Shown here: piece by piece, positions 12,878 to 24,973 of the stretch
How positions within the stretch are numbered: the stretch's first letter is position 1
Layout: each line of letters starts with the position of its first letter
DNA from: Octopus vulgaris
Lineage: Eukaryota
Length of the DNA: 64,000 nt
Reading direction: 5' to 3'
Assembly: GCA_951406725.2 (NCBI GenBank)
Contig: OX597815.1
Location: forward strand, 57,164,001-57,228,000
Position numbers and translations under genes: made by a program
Notes under the pieces: generated by a model
Seen by the model: the letters and a program-made list of their open reading frames with translations, nothing else
Databases searched by the model: none
Told to the model about the DNA's origin: nothing

Positions 12878-13076
12878 TTGTGTGTCTGTGTTTGTCCCCC
12901 CCCCCGCCAACATCGCTTGACAACTGATGCTGGAGTGTTTATGTCACCACAACTTAGCAGTTTAGCAAAAGAGACCAACAGAATAAGTACTAGGCTTACA
13001 AAGAATAAGCTCTAGGGTCGATTTTCTCGACAAAAGGCGATGCTCCAGCATGGCCACTGAAACAGGTAAAAGAAAG
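12663..13076 (+). mobile_element. Full-length tRNA-derived CORE-like SINE; opposed copy at 13095-13485(-)
   Basis: Head gtggctgtgtggtaag...gggttgagtccc, CORE-like ggcaccttgagcaaatgtcttctactatagc, internal (TG)n, and a CR1-like tail. Confidence 0.8.
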
Positions 13077-13601
13077 ATATATATCTTTTATCGCTTATTG
13101 TTCACTTGTTTCCATCAGTACACTGCAGCCATGCTGGGGCACCTCCTTGAATAATTTTTAGTTGAATGTATCAACATCAGTACTTATATTTTTAAAACCA
13201 GATACATATTCTCTCAATATATTTTGCTGAGCTACGAAGTTACAGGGCCATAAAGACATCATCACCGGTTGTCAAGCAGGGAAGAAAAAACAAGCACAGA
13301 CACAAAGACACACACACTCACACATAGATATATACATACATATATGACAGGCTTTCAGTTTCCATCTACAAAATCCACACATGTGGTTATAATAGAAGAC
13401 ATTTGTCCAAGGTATCATGCAGTGCAACTGAACCTGGAACCATGTGGTTGGGAAGCAAACTTCTTATTACACAGTCACGCCTATACCTCACAAAAAAATG
13501 TGTGTTTATATATATATAAGGAGGTGCCCCAGCATGGCTGCAGTCTACTGAGGGAAATAAGTAAACAATAAAGGAAAAAAGATATATATATTTTCTTGGG
13601 T

Positions 13602-14140
13602 TTTTTTTTTTTTTCGATCTTTCGCACATCATTCGCCATCAACACTTTAAAGATATTATTTACTAACAGCTTGCTTTCATGAGCTAAACATTCAGAATGT
13701 CCCGTCAAAAATATTATTTTGTCTCTCATGTAATTTCGTTAAGATAATTACTCGTTTCTACGTCTGTTTAATCTCATTATTATTACCATTATTTTCGTCC
13801 CTCTGACCCCAAATTAAACTCGTTTCCGGTTGCAGTTTATCTGTTTAAAAACTTTCGTCTCATGTGTTTCCATTCCATTCCATTCCATCGCCAAACGATG
13901 TTGCGATGCTAAGCTAAGATTTTCTCGTTTTTTAAATTTTTTTTTCGATCTTTCGATCATTCACTATTAACACTTTAAAAGTATTATTTACTAACAGCTT
14001 TTTTTCATAAGATCATTGAAAATATCCCCATAAAAATATAATTTTATCTCTCGTGTAATTTTGTTAAAATAATTACTTGTTTCTCGGTCTGTTTAATCTC
14101 ATTATTATTACAATTATTTTCGTCCTGTCCCCAAACAAAA
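13602..14140. repeat. Diverged tandem duplication (~330-bp period) of non-TE, CpG-containing sequence
   Basis: 13602-13815 is repeated at 13937-14140 (ttttcgatctttcg...tattatttactaacagc...ctgtttaatctcattattatta...attttcgtcc). Confidence 0.8.
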
Positions 14141-15050
14141 CTGGAGATTGACGAATGGTTAATAAGGGCTGTACAGGCCCTATGCAGAGAGGCTGTTAGT
14201 AAAGTTAGGATTGGCAATGAGTATGGTGAAGAATTCCGGGTAGAAGTAGGAGTCCACCAAAGTTCAGCCCTCAGTCTCCTTTTATTCATCATTGTCCTCC
14301 AGGCAATAACAGAGGAATTCAAGACAGGTTGCCCCTGGGAGCTCCTCTATGCTGATGATCTGGCCCTCATAGCAGAATCACTACCGGAACTAGAAAAGAA
14401 ATTTCGGGTGTGGAAGCAAGGTTTAGAATCAAAAGGCCTTAGAGTCAATGTAGCAAAGACCAAAGTTCTAATAAGTAGGAAGGCGAACTCATCACACACA
14501 CCCTCTGGTAGATCACACCCTGCTCGATCAGTAGAAATGGTGTAGGTAGAAACTCCATAAGATGTACCCAGTGTAAGCTTTGGACACATAAGAGGTACAG
14601 CAACATCAAAGGAAGATTAACCAAGAAGATAGCTTTCGTGTGCGGCAGATGCACAGGGGCAATAGACACCACAGATGCTCAGAAAACAGATTCCATCACA
14701 CTCCAGAGGAGAAACTAGAAGTAGTTGATAACTTCCGCTACCTAGGTGACCAAGTTAGTAGTGGGGGTGGATGCTCAGAGAGTGTTACCACTTGAATAAG
14801 AATAGCCTGGAAAAAGTTTAGAAAGCTTCTACCCCTATTAGTGACAAAGGGCATTTCGCTCAGAGTGACAGGTAGACTGTACGATGCATGTGTGCGAACT
14901 GCTATGCTTCACGGCAGTGAAACATGGGGACATGGGATGAGGTGGTCAAGCATGACCTTCGAACGTTGGGCCTCACAGAGGCAATGACGAATGACCAATA
15001 TCTCTGGTGATATGCTGTGACTGCGAAGACCCGGCAAATAAAGTGAGTTC
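14141..15050 (+). mobile_element. RTE-type LINE, 5'-truncated RT with a Cys-rich insert
   Basis: Reads LLYADDLALIAESLPELEKKFRVWKQGLESKGLRVNVAKTK, then RCTQCKLWTHK...FVCGRC. Confidence 0.85.
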
Positions 15051-15522
15051 ACGTCTGTATCCTACACCAGTTTTGCATAACCAGTCCCAGCCGATTCAAA
15101 AGTATCTCAGATCGTAGGGCAACCTGCTGTACTTACCTTTGATTGTAGGGCGACCTGCTGTGCTTGAGAAGACTTATTGAGTCAAGTACATCAACATCAA
15201 AATAAAAATCATTAGAAATTGTAGTTGTGATACCCGTGCTTGTAGCACGTTAAAAGCACCATCCGAACGTGGCCGATGCCAGCGCCGCCTTGACTGACTT
15301 CTGTACCGGTGGTACGTAAAAAGCACCAACCAATCGTGGCACAGGCCCCGGTGCCGGTGGCACGTAAAAAGCACCCACTACATTTACGGAGTGGTTGGCG
15401 TTATGAAGCGCATCCAGCTGTAGAAACACTGCCAGATCAGACAGGAGCCTGGTGCAACCTCCTGGCTTCCCAGACCCCGGTCGAACCGTCCAACCCATGC
15501 TAGTATGGAAAACGGACGTTAA

Positions 15523-15554
<32 letters not shown>

Positions 15555-16010
15555 AGTAATGGTAAGACAACAAAAGAATGAAAGAGACCTCGATATTATG
15601 TAAATAGAGGAATTTATCTGTAATATAATATGACAATTATTCGGTTGCCACAATAAGACTCCGGGTTTCGGAAACTTGCTCTGACATCTCATCAGTTATC
15701 GAGGCAATCAAAATATGCTATGAAACAAAAGGAAGTTACTACGTAATTCACCGTTATTAAGACGAAAGAGCTATTAGAATACGGGGGAAAAAAACCAAAG
15801 GGGAGGAAGTAAAAAGTAAAGAAGTGAAAATGCTCATAGCAAACGCGTATGCGCGCATGTACATACAAACACATACGCGCACGCACACCCACATACATGT
15901 GTCTATATGCATATGCTCACTCACACTTGCACGAAGCACATACATGCGCACTCACACATATGCCAAAAGATGCACATATATATGCAACCATGCATGTACA
16001 CGTATACATA
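15555..16010 (-). mobile_element. Inverted pseudo-LTR of a Penelope-like (Naiad-type) element
   Basis: Reverse complement of 19660-20037. Contains a partly deleted hammerhead at 15652-15700. Confidence 0.8.
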
Positions 16011-17800
16011 TTCTGGTGTTGGGTGCATGTCTTCTTTCTTCTGTTCCCTGGCCTCTTCGATGTATCGTCAGCGAGTGTCAGCCGGTGGGTGACTGACTGT
16101 CTTGTCAAATTTTTCCCTTTAAATACCTGCCGCATAGGCTCCAGCAGGCAGCCCCAGCAAGTTGTCACGTGACACTGTCTCACCTTAACTGACTAGTTTT
16201 AGCCCACGCTTTTTCTAAACGACCGTCACCTGACAGGCAGTCCCAGCAAGTTGTCACGTGACACTGTCTCACCTTAACTGACTAGTGAAGGCGCGTAGTT
16301 TTAGCCCGCGCTTTTTCTAAAAGACCGTCAGTCAGCTTGTTTCACCTAATGATGTTATTTCCTGTCGGCGTGTTTATGACTTTCAAGCCATTTTCGGTCT
16401 TCCCGCTTCAGCCATATATAGAAGCTGGCTTTTTCGACCGCCTCCTGTACTCTCCTTATTAGTTTACGCAGCTCGGGGCTAGAAAAAACAAATCTTTTGA
16501 AAAGCGTTGTCATTTTCTTTTCAATGAAGCCTCTAGCCCCCACTGCCAGGTGATAATATTCGACATTCCATCCCTGTTCTCTGCATTCTTCGATTAGCTT
16601 TTCATACCTCTTCTCCTTTCGTTCCTCTGCATTTCCGATGTTCTCTTCCCAAGGTACTGTCAGTTCTAGTAAAATTCCCATTCTCCGGTCTCTGTTCCAA
16701 AGAACTAAATCCGGTCTTTTTGTTGTTTTTATTAGTGGAAATATTACTTGTCTTTCCAAGTCCGTGGCCACCTCCCAGTATCCCTTCCATCTTTCGTCTA
16801 TCTCGTATACTTTACTTGTAGGCCTGGTTTTATAACCTTTTCCCTCCTTGTGGAAGTATACTCTCCTGCGCTTTTCTACTTTTGGGTATTCTCCCCTATT
16901 GTACTTCTCGGTCTTATCCTTGAGTGCTGCGCTTATGACACCGAAGACTTGATTATGCCGCCATGTATATCTTTCAAGTGCTAGTCTGCAACCTGACAGA
17001 ACATGTCTAACCGTTGCTTTCTCTCCGCATCTACACTCGTCGATTGTTTTTATGTTCCACCGGACTAAGTTCGCCAGTGAGGATAGAACGTCGAAGGTAG
17101 ACTTGATCACATATTCCTCCCATTTCAGGCACTGTCCCTGTTGACTGCATTGCACCAAATGTACATTTCGCCTTTCTTCTTCCTCCTTTCTGACTTCGTA
17201 TACCACTGCCTCTTTCATCTCTTTTACACTGCTCTTGCAAAATGGCCTGAAGTTTTGCGACCCTAGACCGGTTCTAGCTTCTTGCGTCGCTCCGACTATA
17301 TCTGCGTGCCTTAGTTTTCCGATCGCCCTGTTTACTGCCTCTTCCGCCTTCCATTTCCTCCCTGTTCGTACCTTTGGAGGGTTTTCCCGGATGCTCTGAT
17401 CTTTTGAATACCTTAGCATCATTACTGTCCTTGCCTTTCCAGCCTTATATTCTTCAGCGATTGATGTTATTGGTAGTTGCAGCACGGGTTTTCCATATAG
17501 TGCAGTTGTATTCAGTGGTTTCGGCAGACCAAGCCATTTTCTGATAAACACACTGCATTTTTGCTCCATCCTTTCTACTATACTTGAGGCTATTTCGTAT
17601 ATTTGCAATGACCACATTATTCTTGGATACAGCCCAAATTGCAATATCCAACATTTGAATTTTCCCGGCAGCGTTGTTCTGTCAATTGCCTTTAATCCTT
17701 GTTCTACTAACGCGTGCGTTTCTTTCCCTTGCTTCTTATCATTTAATAAATCTCTATACCATCTGCCGAGACTATGTTCCCCCCCAAAAAACGGCACTTT
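16011..17800 (-). mobile_element. Hero-type (RLE clade) non-LTR retrotransposon, 5'-truncated; ORF open to the stop at 16355
   Basis: LPGKFKCWILQFGLYPRIMWSL, CRCGEKATVRHVLSGC..RYTWRHNQV, and RPDLVLW...LLELTVPWEE...RKEKRY. Confidence 0.85.
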
Positions 17801-20037
17801 TTTCTGATAAAACCAAGAACTTATACTTTGTAGAAAACAGTACATACTTACGACTCCTACACAACAGCCTCATCAATAATTACACCAAAGCTCGGCCACA
17901 AATTTATAACGAAATTAATAAAGAAGTTAGATTAGATAAAAAAAATAGAGGCTCTTCCAAAAAAAAGAGGCCTTTATAACGATCAAGGACCATAAAAAGA
18001 ACTTCCTATCTAATCCTAAATGTAGGCTTATTAACCCAGCTAAATCAGAAATTGGTATTATTAGTAAAGAAATTTTAGGAAGAATCAATGCTAAAGTCAG
18101 GAATGCTATGTACAATGGCCCAATAGTATAGAAGTCGTTGACTGGTTTAAAGCCATTAGGAATAAGAATAAAGCAAGATTTACGCAATTCGATATTGTTG
18201 ATTTCTATTTCTAAGGAACTGCTAGATAAAGCCCTCACCTTCGCAAGCGAATTCATAGAAATCAGTACACTAGATAAGGACATAATCCTCCATGCTAGAA
18301 AGACTCTACTCTTCAAAGAGAACGCTGAGTGGGTCAAGACTACCGATACAGAGGGTGTTTTCGATTAGGAAAACTATCTGGTTCACACACCCCCTACTCC
18401 CCCGAAGTGACCTGTGATGTATTTCTTAGCACAGAAAGCTCTTCAATAGACATAACTTAAAAATCAGTTCCAGCTCAACTACTAATTTTAAAAATATAAT
18501 CGCACACAACACACAAAAACCACAAAATGAAACCAGCTGTTCATGCAGGGATAAAAATTTGTGCCTGCTAAATGGAGCTTGCATGTCTGAGACTATCATT
18601 TGTGAAGCCACTGTAGACTCTACAACCAGTTTCGACAAAGAAATATGTGGGCCTTACAGAGGGGAATTTTAAGGCCAGGTGCAACAATCACACCTTGAGT
18701 TTCAGGCACTGGGATAAAAGGAAAACGACCAAATTATCTAGTCATATATGATCCTTAAAAGATAAAGTTGTCAGTTACAACATCCATTGAAAGATCTTAG
18801 CCAAGCGTAAGCCTTACACCAACGGCAGTAGAAAGTGCAGTCTTTGTGATATGGAAAGATGGCTCACCTGGAAAAGCAGCTTAGACCCTGCTACATGTCT
18901 AAATTCAAGAACTGAACTTTTTGGATCATGTCCACATATGGCTAAATATTTGTTACGTTTTTGGTCCCCCTAAGATCACAGATAGAACCTGATTTTTATA
19001 TTGTGTCCACGTACAAGCATTTTATCTCTCTATACTTTTTATATAAGTTTTTTAATATTTTTCACATATTTTTTACATATTTATAGATATATTTTTATAT
19101 TTTTATTGCTTTATATATTTTTACACATTTTTCCTTTATTTTATCTTTTACCCTGCATTTTTCTTGTGCATGTGCGTATATAGACGTGTATATGAACTTT
19201 TTGTGCGCGCGCACGTGTCTGTGTGTGCGTGCGTGCGTGAGTGCGGGTATGTATATACGTACATGTATATGTACATGAGTATTGTTGCGTATATATGTGG
19301 GTGTACATGCGAGTGTGAGTGAGCATATACATATACAGCACGTACGTATTTTAGACGTGCATATGAACATAATTGTGCATGTATGGGTATGTGCATGTGT
19401 GTGTGCACACGCGTGTGTGAGGATATACGTATGTGTACATTGTGTGTGTGTGTGCATGCGTATGTGCGGGTATGTATATATGTACATGTATTTGTACATG
19501 TTTATAGTTGCATATATATGTGGGTGTACATGCGTGTGTTTCACGCGAGTGTGAGGGAGCATATGCATATATAGCATGTGCGTATTTTTAGATGTGTATT
19601 TGAATATAACTGTGCGTATATGGGTATGTGCACGTGTGTGTGTGTGTGCACGTGTGTGTAGATATGTATACATGTACATGCATGGTTGCATATATATATG
19701 TTTCATGCGAGTGTGAGTCAGCATATGCATATAGGCACATGTACGTAGGTGTGTGTGTGTGCATGTGTATGTATGTACATGCGCGCATACGCGATTGCTA
19801 TGAGCATTTTCACTTCTTTAATTTTTACTTCCTTCCCTTTGGTTTTTTTCCCCGGTCATTCTAATAGCTCTTTCGTCTTAATAACGTAGTAATTTCCCTT
19901 TGTTTAACGGTCAATTTCATAGCATATTTTGATTGCATCGTTAACTGATGAGATGTCGGAGCAGGTTTCCACCCCGACATCTGAAACTCGGAGTCTTATT
20001 ATGGCAACCGAATAATTGTCACGTATTATAACACAGA
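17800..20037 (+). mobile_element. Penelope-like element, Naiad-type: RT fragments, GIY-YIG endonuclease, 3' pseudo-LTR
   Basis: SDKTKNLY, AFITIKDHKKNF..CRLINPAKSEIG, IILHARKTLLF..WVK; then CSC..C..C, GLTEGNFKARCNNH..SF, CSLC..E, LNSRTELFGSCPH. Confidence 0.85.
19941..19999 (+). ncRNA. Type-I hammerhead ribozyme motif in the PLE pseudo-LTR
   Basis: taa CTGATGA gatgtcgg..ccgacatc t GAAA ctc g gag T C tta; cleavage triplet GUC. Confidence 0.75.
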
Positions 20038-20049
20038 TATATATATATA

Positions 20050-20345
20050 TATATAAAGATGAGAATGTGTGTGTGTGTATGTGTGTGTGTATCTGTCTGT
20101 CTGTGTGTCTGTGTGAATCCCTAAAACTTGAGAACTACACAACCAATTTCATTCAAATTTTACACATGCCTTACTTAGGGTCCTTGTAGTGTCATGGGCA
20201 AAAGATTTCTAACTTCTTGCCTAGGGCGAGCCCACAGCAATATCATATCTTCTCCACTATTTCAGTATAACGTGCCAAAAGTGAAACAATAACATCTCTC
20301 TATTGTAATGTCAGATACATTCACTTTAATACTGAAACTATAAGA
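20050..20345 (+). mobile_element. Non-autonomous Helitron 5' portion (same family as 59090-59365)
   Basis: tatataaa..gagaatgtgtg..gtctgtctg..ctaaaacttgagaactacacaaccaatttcattcaaattttacac matches the reverse complement at 59.1-59.36 kb. Confidence 0.6.
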
Positions 20346-20770
20346 CAGATGACCTGTAAGTGGAGAGACACTCGATGCACAAACCCATGTATGTATGTAT
20401 GTATGTATGTATGTATGTATGTATGTATGTATGTATGTATGTATATACGTGCAGCGAGAGAGAGAAAGAGGTGCTTCAAACTACTCAGCTGTATTTGGGT
20501 ATACAGATATCTACAATACACACCCATGCACATATACATATAACACATACATATGATATATATTATATATATATATATAATATATTTAGTATATATGCCA
20601 TACTTAGTCACAATTAGTGGTGATCAAATTTTTCCATTATGACATTATATTGTGCCCAGCTGTTTATATTGATTTTTAAAATGTGCATAAGCATCTTGCT
20701 AAATCAGCCATAAATTTTTATGGTAAAATATATATATATACTGGCAACCAGATTTAGTAGTTTGAGTAGT

Positions 20771-20819
20771 TACAACTGACGAGCCTACAACTGATAGATG
20801 AAACTAGCCTAGTCTAGTG
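20771..20819 (+). ncRNA. Hammerhead motif, partly degenerate; related to 61691-61760
   Basis: tacaa CTGACGA gcct...agat GAAA ctag c ctag T C tagtg. Confidence 0.6.
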
Positions 20820-20934
20820 ATCCTAGAGATACTAATGGGGCAGTTATCTCCCCTGTCAGTATGTCTGTGTGTGCGTGTGTGTGTTAAATAAAATGAGATA
20901 ACAAAGCCAAGGCTGTGTGGAATTTTCAGGACAT

Positions 20935-20980
20935 TTATAAGCTGTTTCTGGAATATTAGAGATATCCCTTCATCAGAGAC
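20935..20980 (-). ncRNA. Degenerate hammerhead motif
   Basis: Reverse complement: gtct CTGATGA agggatat..atattcca GAAA cagct; stems III and I are eroded. Confidence 0.35.
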
Positions 20981-21722
20981 GATGTGAGATGGTTAAATAG
21001 AGGGAAATAGTAGAGTTCAATATAAGGGGTTATTTTGGAAAAGTATGGAAATGAAAAGTATAAAGAGAAATAAGAGAATAAAAGTAAAAATAAAAATATA
21101 TGTAGGATGTTATAATTGCAGTTCCATTATCCAAGGAAAGTGGTGTGTAGAAGTAGTAGAAGTGCTTCTTGTCCATGGTATGTAAATTCTGATAGGAGTT
21201 CATATTCTGTCATTACAAATGGAAAGTGTGGAGATGGTGTTGTTCATTCAAAAGGATCTTGTGGTGTGAATGAGATTTTGAGAATGCATTGGTAGTATTA
21301 AGTAGATAGAGAAGAGAGAAAAGATGTGTATGTTAAAATGGTCAAAAGGAATAGGTGAGGAAAGGGAAAAGAAAGAGAAAAAGAAAATGGAAGCGTAGGG
21401 GAAAGAAAGGAAGAGATAAGAATGTAAGGAATGAATATGTGTGAGGAGTGGGAGGCGGGGTGATATTTTTAAAATGTACTAAGGTAGAGGGATGGGTGCA
21501 TAAAATGGTAGAGTGGTGGGGTACTAAACCGAATAGCAAACCTCAAAAAGGACGGGAAGAAAAATAAGATATAATGATCAAGTTTTTAAAGGTGTTTATT
21601 GTACTGGCTAATGTCATGGTGGGGGCTGAGAAATCAGAAAGAAGTGTATATTGATATACGCACACGCGCACATACATGTATATATATATACACACATATA
21701 CATACATACATGTGCATATACA

Positions 21723-21813
<91 letters not shown>

Positions 21814-22095
21814 CCACACACATGCACGCACACATGTATACATGTCCATATATGTATAATTAAAGAAAAAATAAGATTGAAGAGTCAGAAAATTAAAAAT
21901 GGAGACAATGGAAAGTTAAATCAGGTTGTTGGAGATTACATAAGGGGTCTTTAGGATATGTACTGTGTCATCATTTAGGTTGCATTTAGATTTGTGGTAA
22001 AATTTGAAGATATGAAAAAAGCAGTCGCTGCATGTACCTAGGACCTCATTATATTTATTTGGTAGTATTGAAGAGTTGTGTTTTAATATATGTGG

Positions 22096-23680
22096 TGTTA
22101 TGAGCCAGGCTGTGTTGTAGGAAAGGACCGAAAGTGAGGGAGTACGCATGTCCTGTTGGAAGGGCCGCTGTGGGCATGCAGGGTTGGCGAGGTGCGAGCA
22201 ATCAGTTGGCAGTGGACAGCGTATGAAAGCAGACCTGTTAGACGGTACGGTAGCAGACAGGGCATGTGGACGTTGTGAGCGACCCCTTCCACATAGATGG
22301 ACGGTACGGCGGCAGACAGAGCTTGTGGACGTTGTGAGTGACCCTTCCAGATAGACAGGTTAGATTACCGTAATTCTCTCTCTGCTTCCATCTTTTCCTC
22401 CTTCACATCATAAGCTATTTCAGCTCACAAAAAAAAATATGGGTGTGGTCCGCGTTTCGAATGAGACAGTTAGGCCATTTTGCAGCGAGGGAGATGTTGA
22501 AAAAAATTAAGTTGGTGGCAATACTCCACGGTATAAATGACCTAGCCAGTTTCATACCATTGTACCTTGATGGATCGGTGTTGGTGCTATACCTGGAAAT
22601 GGAGGAGAAGTACCAGTTAAGCGCAGAAGAAATAGAAGTCTGGCTGATGGAGGTTTTTACAGAAGGGCCATTCATGGCATGTGGTCTACTGGGGAAAGCG
22701 AAGTCGACGGGTGAACAGGTCGATGTGTTTGCCTATGAAATCAGGAGATTGGCCAAACTTGCAGGATACAAAGACAAAGCACTGGAACAAACAGCTAAAT
22801 TAGCATTTTGTGACTGGATTTCCTGATCACATGTCGGTCGAACTGCAAAAGCTGCTAAATATTTACTCCATGGCGATGGGAGAGGTAATATCCTCGCCTC
22901 GTGTTGCAGGATGACACCGCTAGCAGCGACTGCAACAAAGAGAAAGGGTCAAACAAAGAGCGGCAGAGAGGGGTCGAATAAGGAACGTGTGCGACCCTTC
23001 AAAGGACAGTGTTTACGGTGTCAGAGTTCGCACATGGTGAGAGACTGCAAGGAACCCAAACCTGGAGTAATTTGCTATTGATGCAGATAAACAGGCCACA
23101 TCGCTAGTGGATGTGTTCCGGGAAACGGTCTAAGGGAGACTACTGTGCCGGTAGTCGTCCTGTCGAAAGAATAGAGGCGTGTATACGGTCGTTGCCAGTT
23201 GTGGACGTCGTGGTGGAGGGAAAGGTATTGCGAGCCCTCATGGACACGGGTTGCTCAACAACCTTAATGACTCTAGAGGTGGTAGAAGAATGGAGCGGAG
23301 TGAGTAGTGTAAGGGCTGTTGACGGTACGGAAGTTGAATGCAGAGGAAGTAGTGATGTGGAGACGGTGGTACGAGGAACGAGATTGAGGTTGCGTGAGAT
23401 CGTGATCGACCGCGTGGTGGACGGAATTGATGTGGTGAGTCCACGACAGGAAAGTGGTGAGAGCTGCGAAGAAAAATATGCTGCACACCATTACAGAGAA
23501 GGATTTTCAGGCTGTGTTTGTGGCCGGCAGTGGACAGCAGAATGGTACAGGAAGGGAGATCCTCTGACGTTGAAAAATGCAGTAGGCAGCTATCAGCATA
23601 CCCTGAAAGGGGATGCAAGAAGCAAGTTCGAGGGAGAGATGGAATGGTGGATCAAGGAAGGCATTCTGATCCCTTGGAGG
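22096..23680 (+). mobile_element. Ty3/Gypsy LTR retrotransposon 5' part (LTR, gag, protease), truncated
   Basis: LTR-like tgttatgagc...gctcaca (22096-22429), gag with CCHC-like CLRCQSSHMVRDC, and aspartic protease ALMDTGCSTT. Confidence 0.8.
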
Positions 23681-24740
23681 CGATTTTCACGCGTGTCGCT
23701 AGCTATTAGCAAATCATCGACGTAAGCGATCACAAAGTCAAGTCCACAGACAACTTCGTCAATAAACCTCTGGAATGTGCTCGTTGTATTCCACAAACCG
23801 GAATTCGAAACTTCCAAAAGGGGTGGTAACGGCAATTTTGGGAATGTCGTCAGGGTTCATCGGAATTTGATAAGCCCATATGAGGTCAACCTTGGAAAAA
23901 ATAGTACAACCATGCAAGTTTGTAGAAAATTCCTGGAAATTCCTTATCACTATTTCTGAAGTGATCAGGAACAGTGACCACATTCAAATGTCTGTAATCC
24001 CCCACCGGACGAAAATCTGAATCCCCTTTTCGTGCCAAATGTAGAGGAGATGCCCAAGGGCTGGTGGCGGGGCGAATGAGGCCGAATTGAAGCATATGCT
24101 CAAACTTAGATTGAGCCTTTTTGAGCCGATTAAGGGCGAATAGCATTGTACGCGAAAAGACAGATGGTCCAGAAGTAGTGATATAATGGCGAGTTGAGTG
24201 TGTGACTTTCGCTGATTTGAAAGTCGAATCTTCCAGCTCTGGGAAAGAAGCCAAAAGGAAGTGGAACTGGTCACCAGCAGTGGCGACAAAAAATGACAGG
24301 CTGAAAATAGCATTAGTAGTAACGTGAGTAGGCGTGAACAAAGACGTAGAATCGTCGGCAAGTCTCTATCGCCTGGCATCTACTAACAAGTGAAAGTGGT
24401 TTAAGAAGACCGCGCCCAGAATGGGGCATGGTAGATCTGCTATAACAAAAACCCGCCTAAAATGCCTTCGAAGGTTGAAACCCTTAACAAAGAATGCATG
24501 ATGAGATGAAAAATTGCGGAAAGAATTTGACATGACCAAATCTTCTGCAACTAGTTTCCTGACAGCTTGAACGAACAGGTCTGGATGCATCGACGGGCTT
24601 TATCCTTAAAATGTGGCATGGTGCCAACAGATATTGGAAACCGTTGAAGTAGAACTAGACGACCGTGACTGAGAATAGCTTCAGCTGCAAGGACGACGAG
24701 AGCTGGCGTGTTCTCGTCACAGTATGACACACTCACCGGT
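23681..24740 (-). mobile_element. Ty3/Gypsy gag-end/RT fragment of a different family
   Basis: SPWASPLH..FRPVGDYRHLN, FSKVDLIWAY, TTPFG, TFQRFIDEV..AYVDDLLIAS. Confidence 0.9.
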
Positions 24741-24973
24741 AAAATTTCCATTTATTTCTTACTTTTTATTTTTCTTCTAAAATTTTCGTTGCGTCTTGCA
24801 ACCTTTTCAATAGTCTTGACTCTGGTGTAATAATATTACGCCTATACATTTACACTGCATTCCCTTTTGTTTGTTTGTGCGCATGTGTGTGGGTCAGTGG
24901 GTCAGTATGTGTGTGTGCCTATACATGCATGCATGTACGTATGTATGTGTGTGTGTTTGCATGTGTACGTATG

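Noticed and set aside
16005-17846. TACATA at both sides of the Hero fragment as a TSD
   Set aside because: Naiad homology (SDKTKNLY) begins near 17800, so the second TACATA is inside the Naiad sequence.
18530-18975. In-frame TGA codons in the Naiad GIY-YIG as possible selenocysteine
   Set aside because: The conserved Cys positions use TGY, and the TGAs fall at Trp positions, consistent with TGG>TGA decay.
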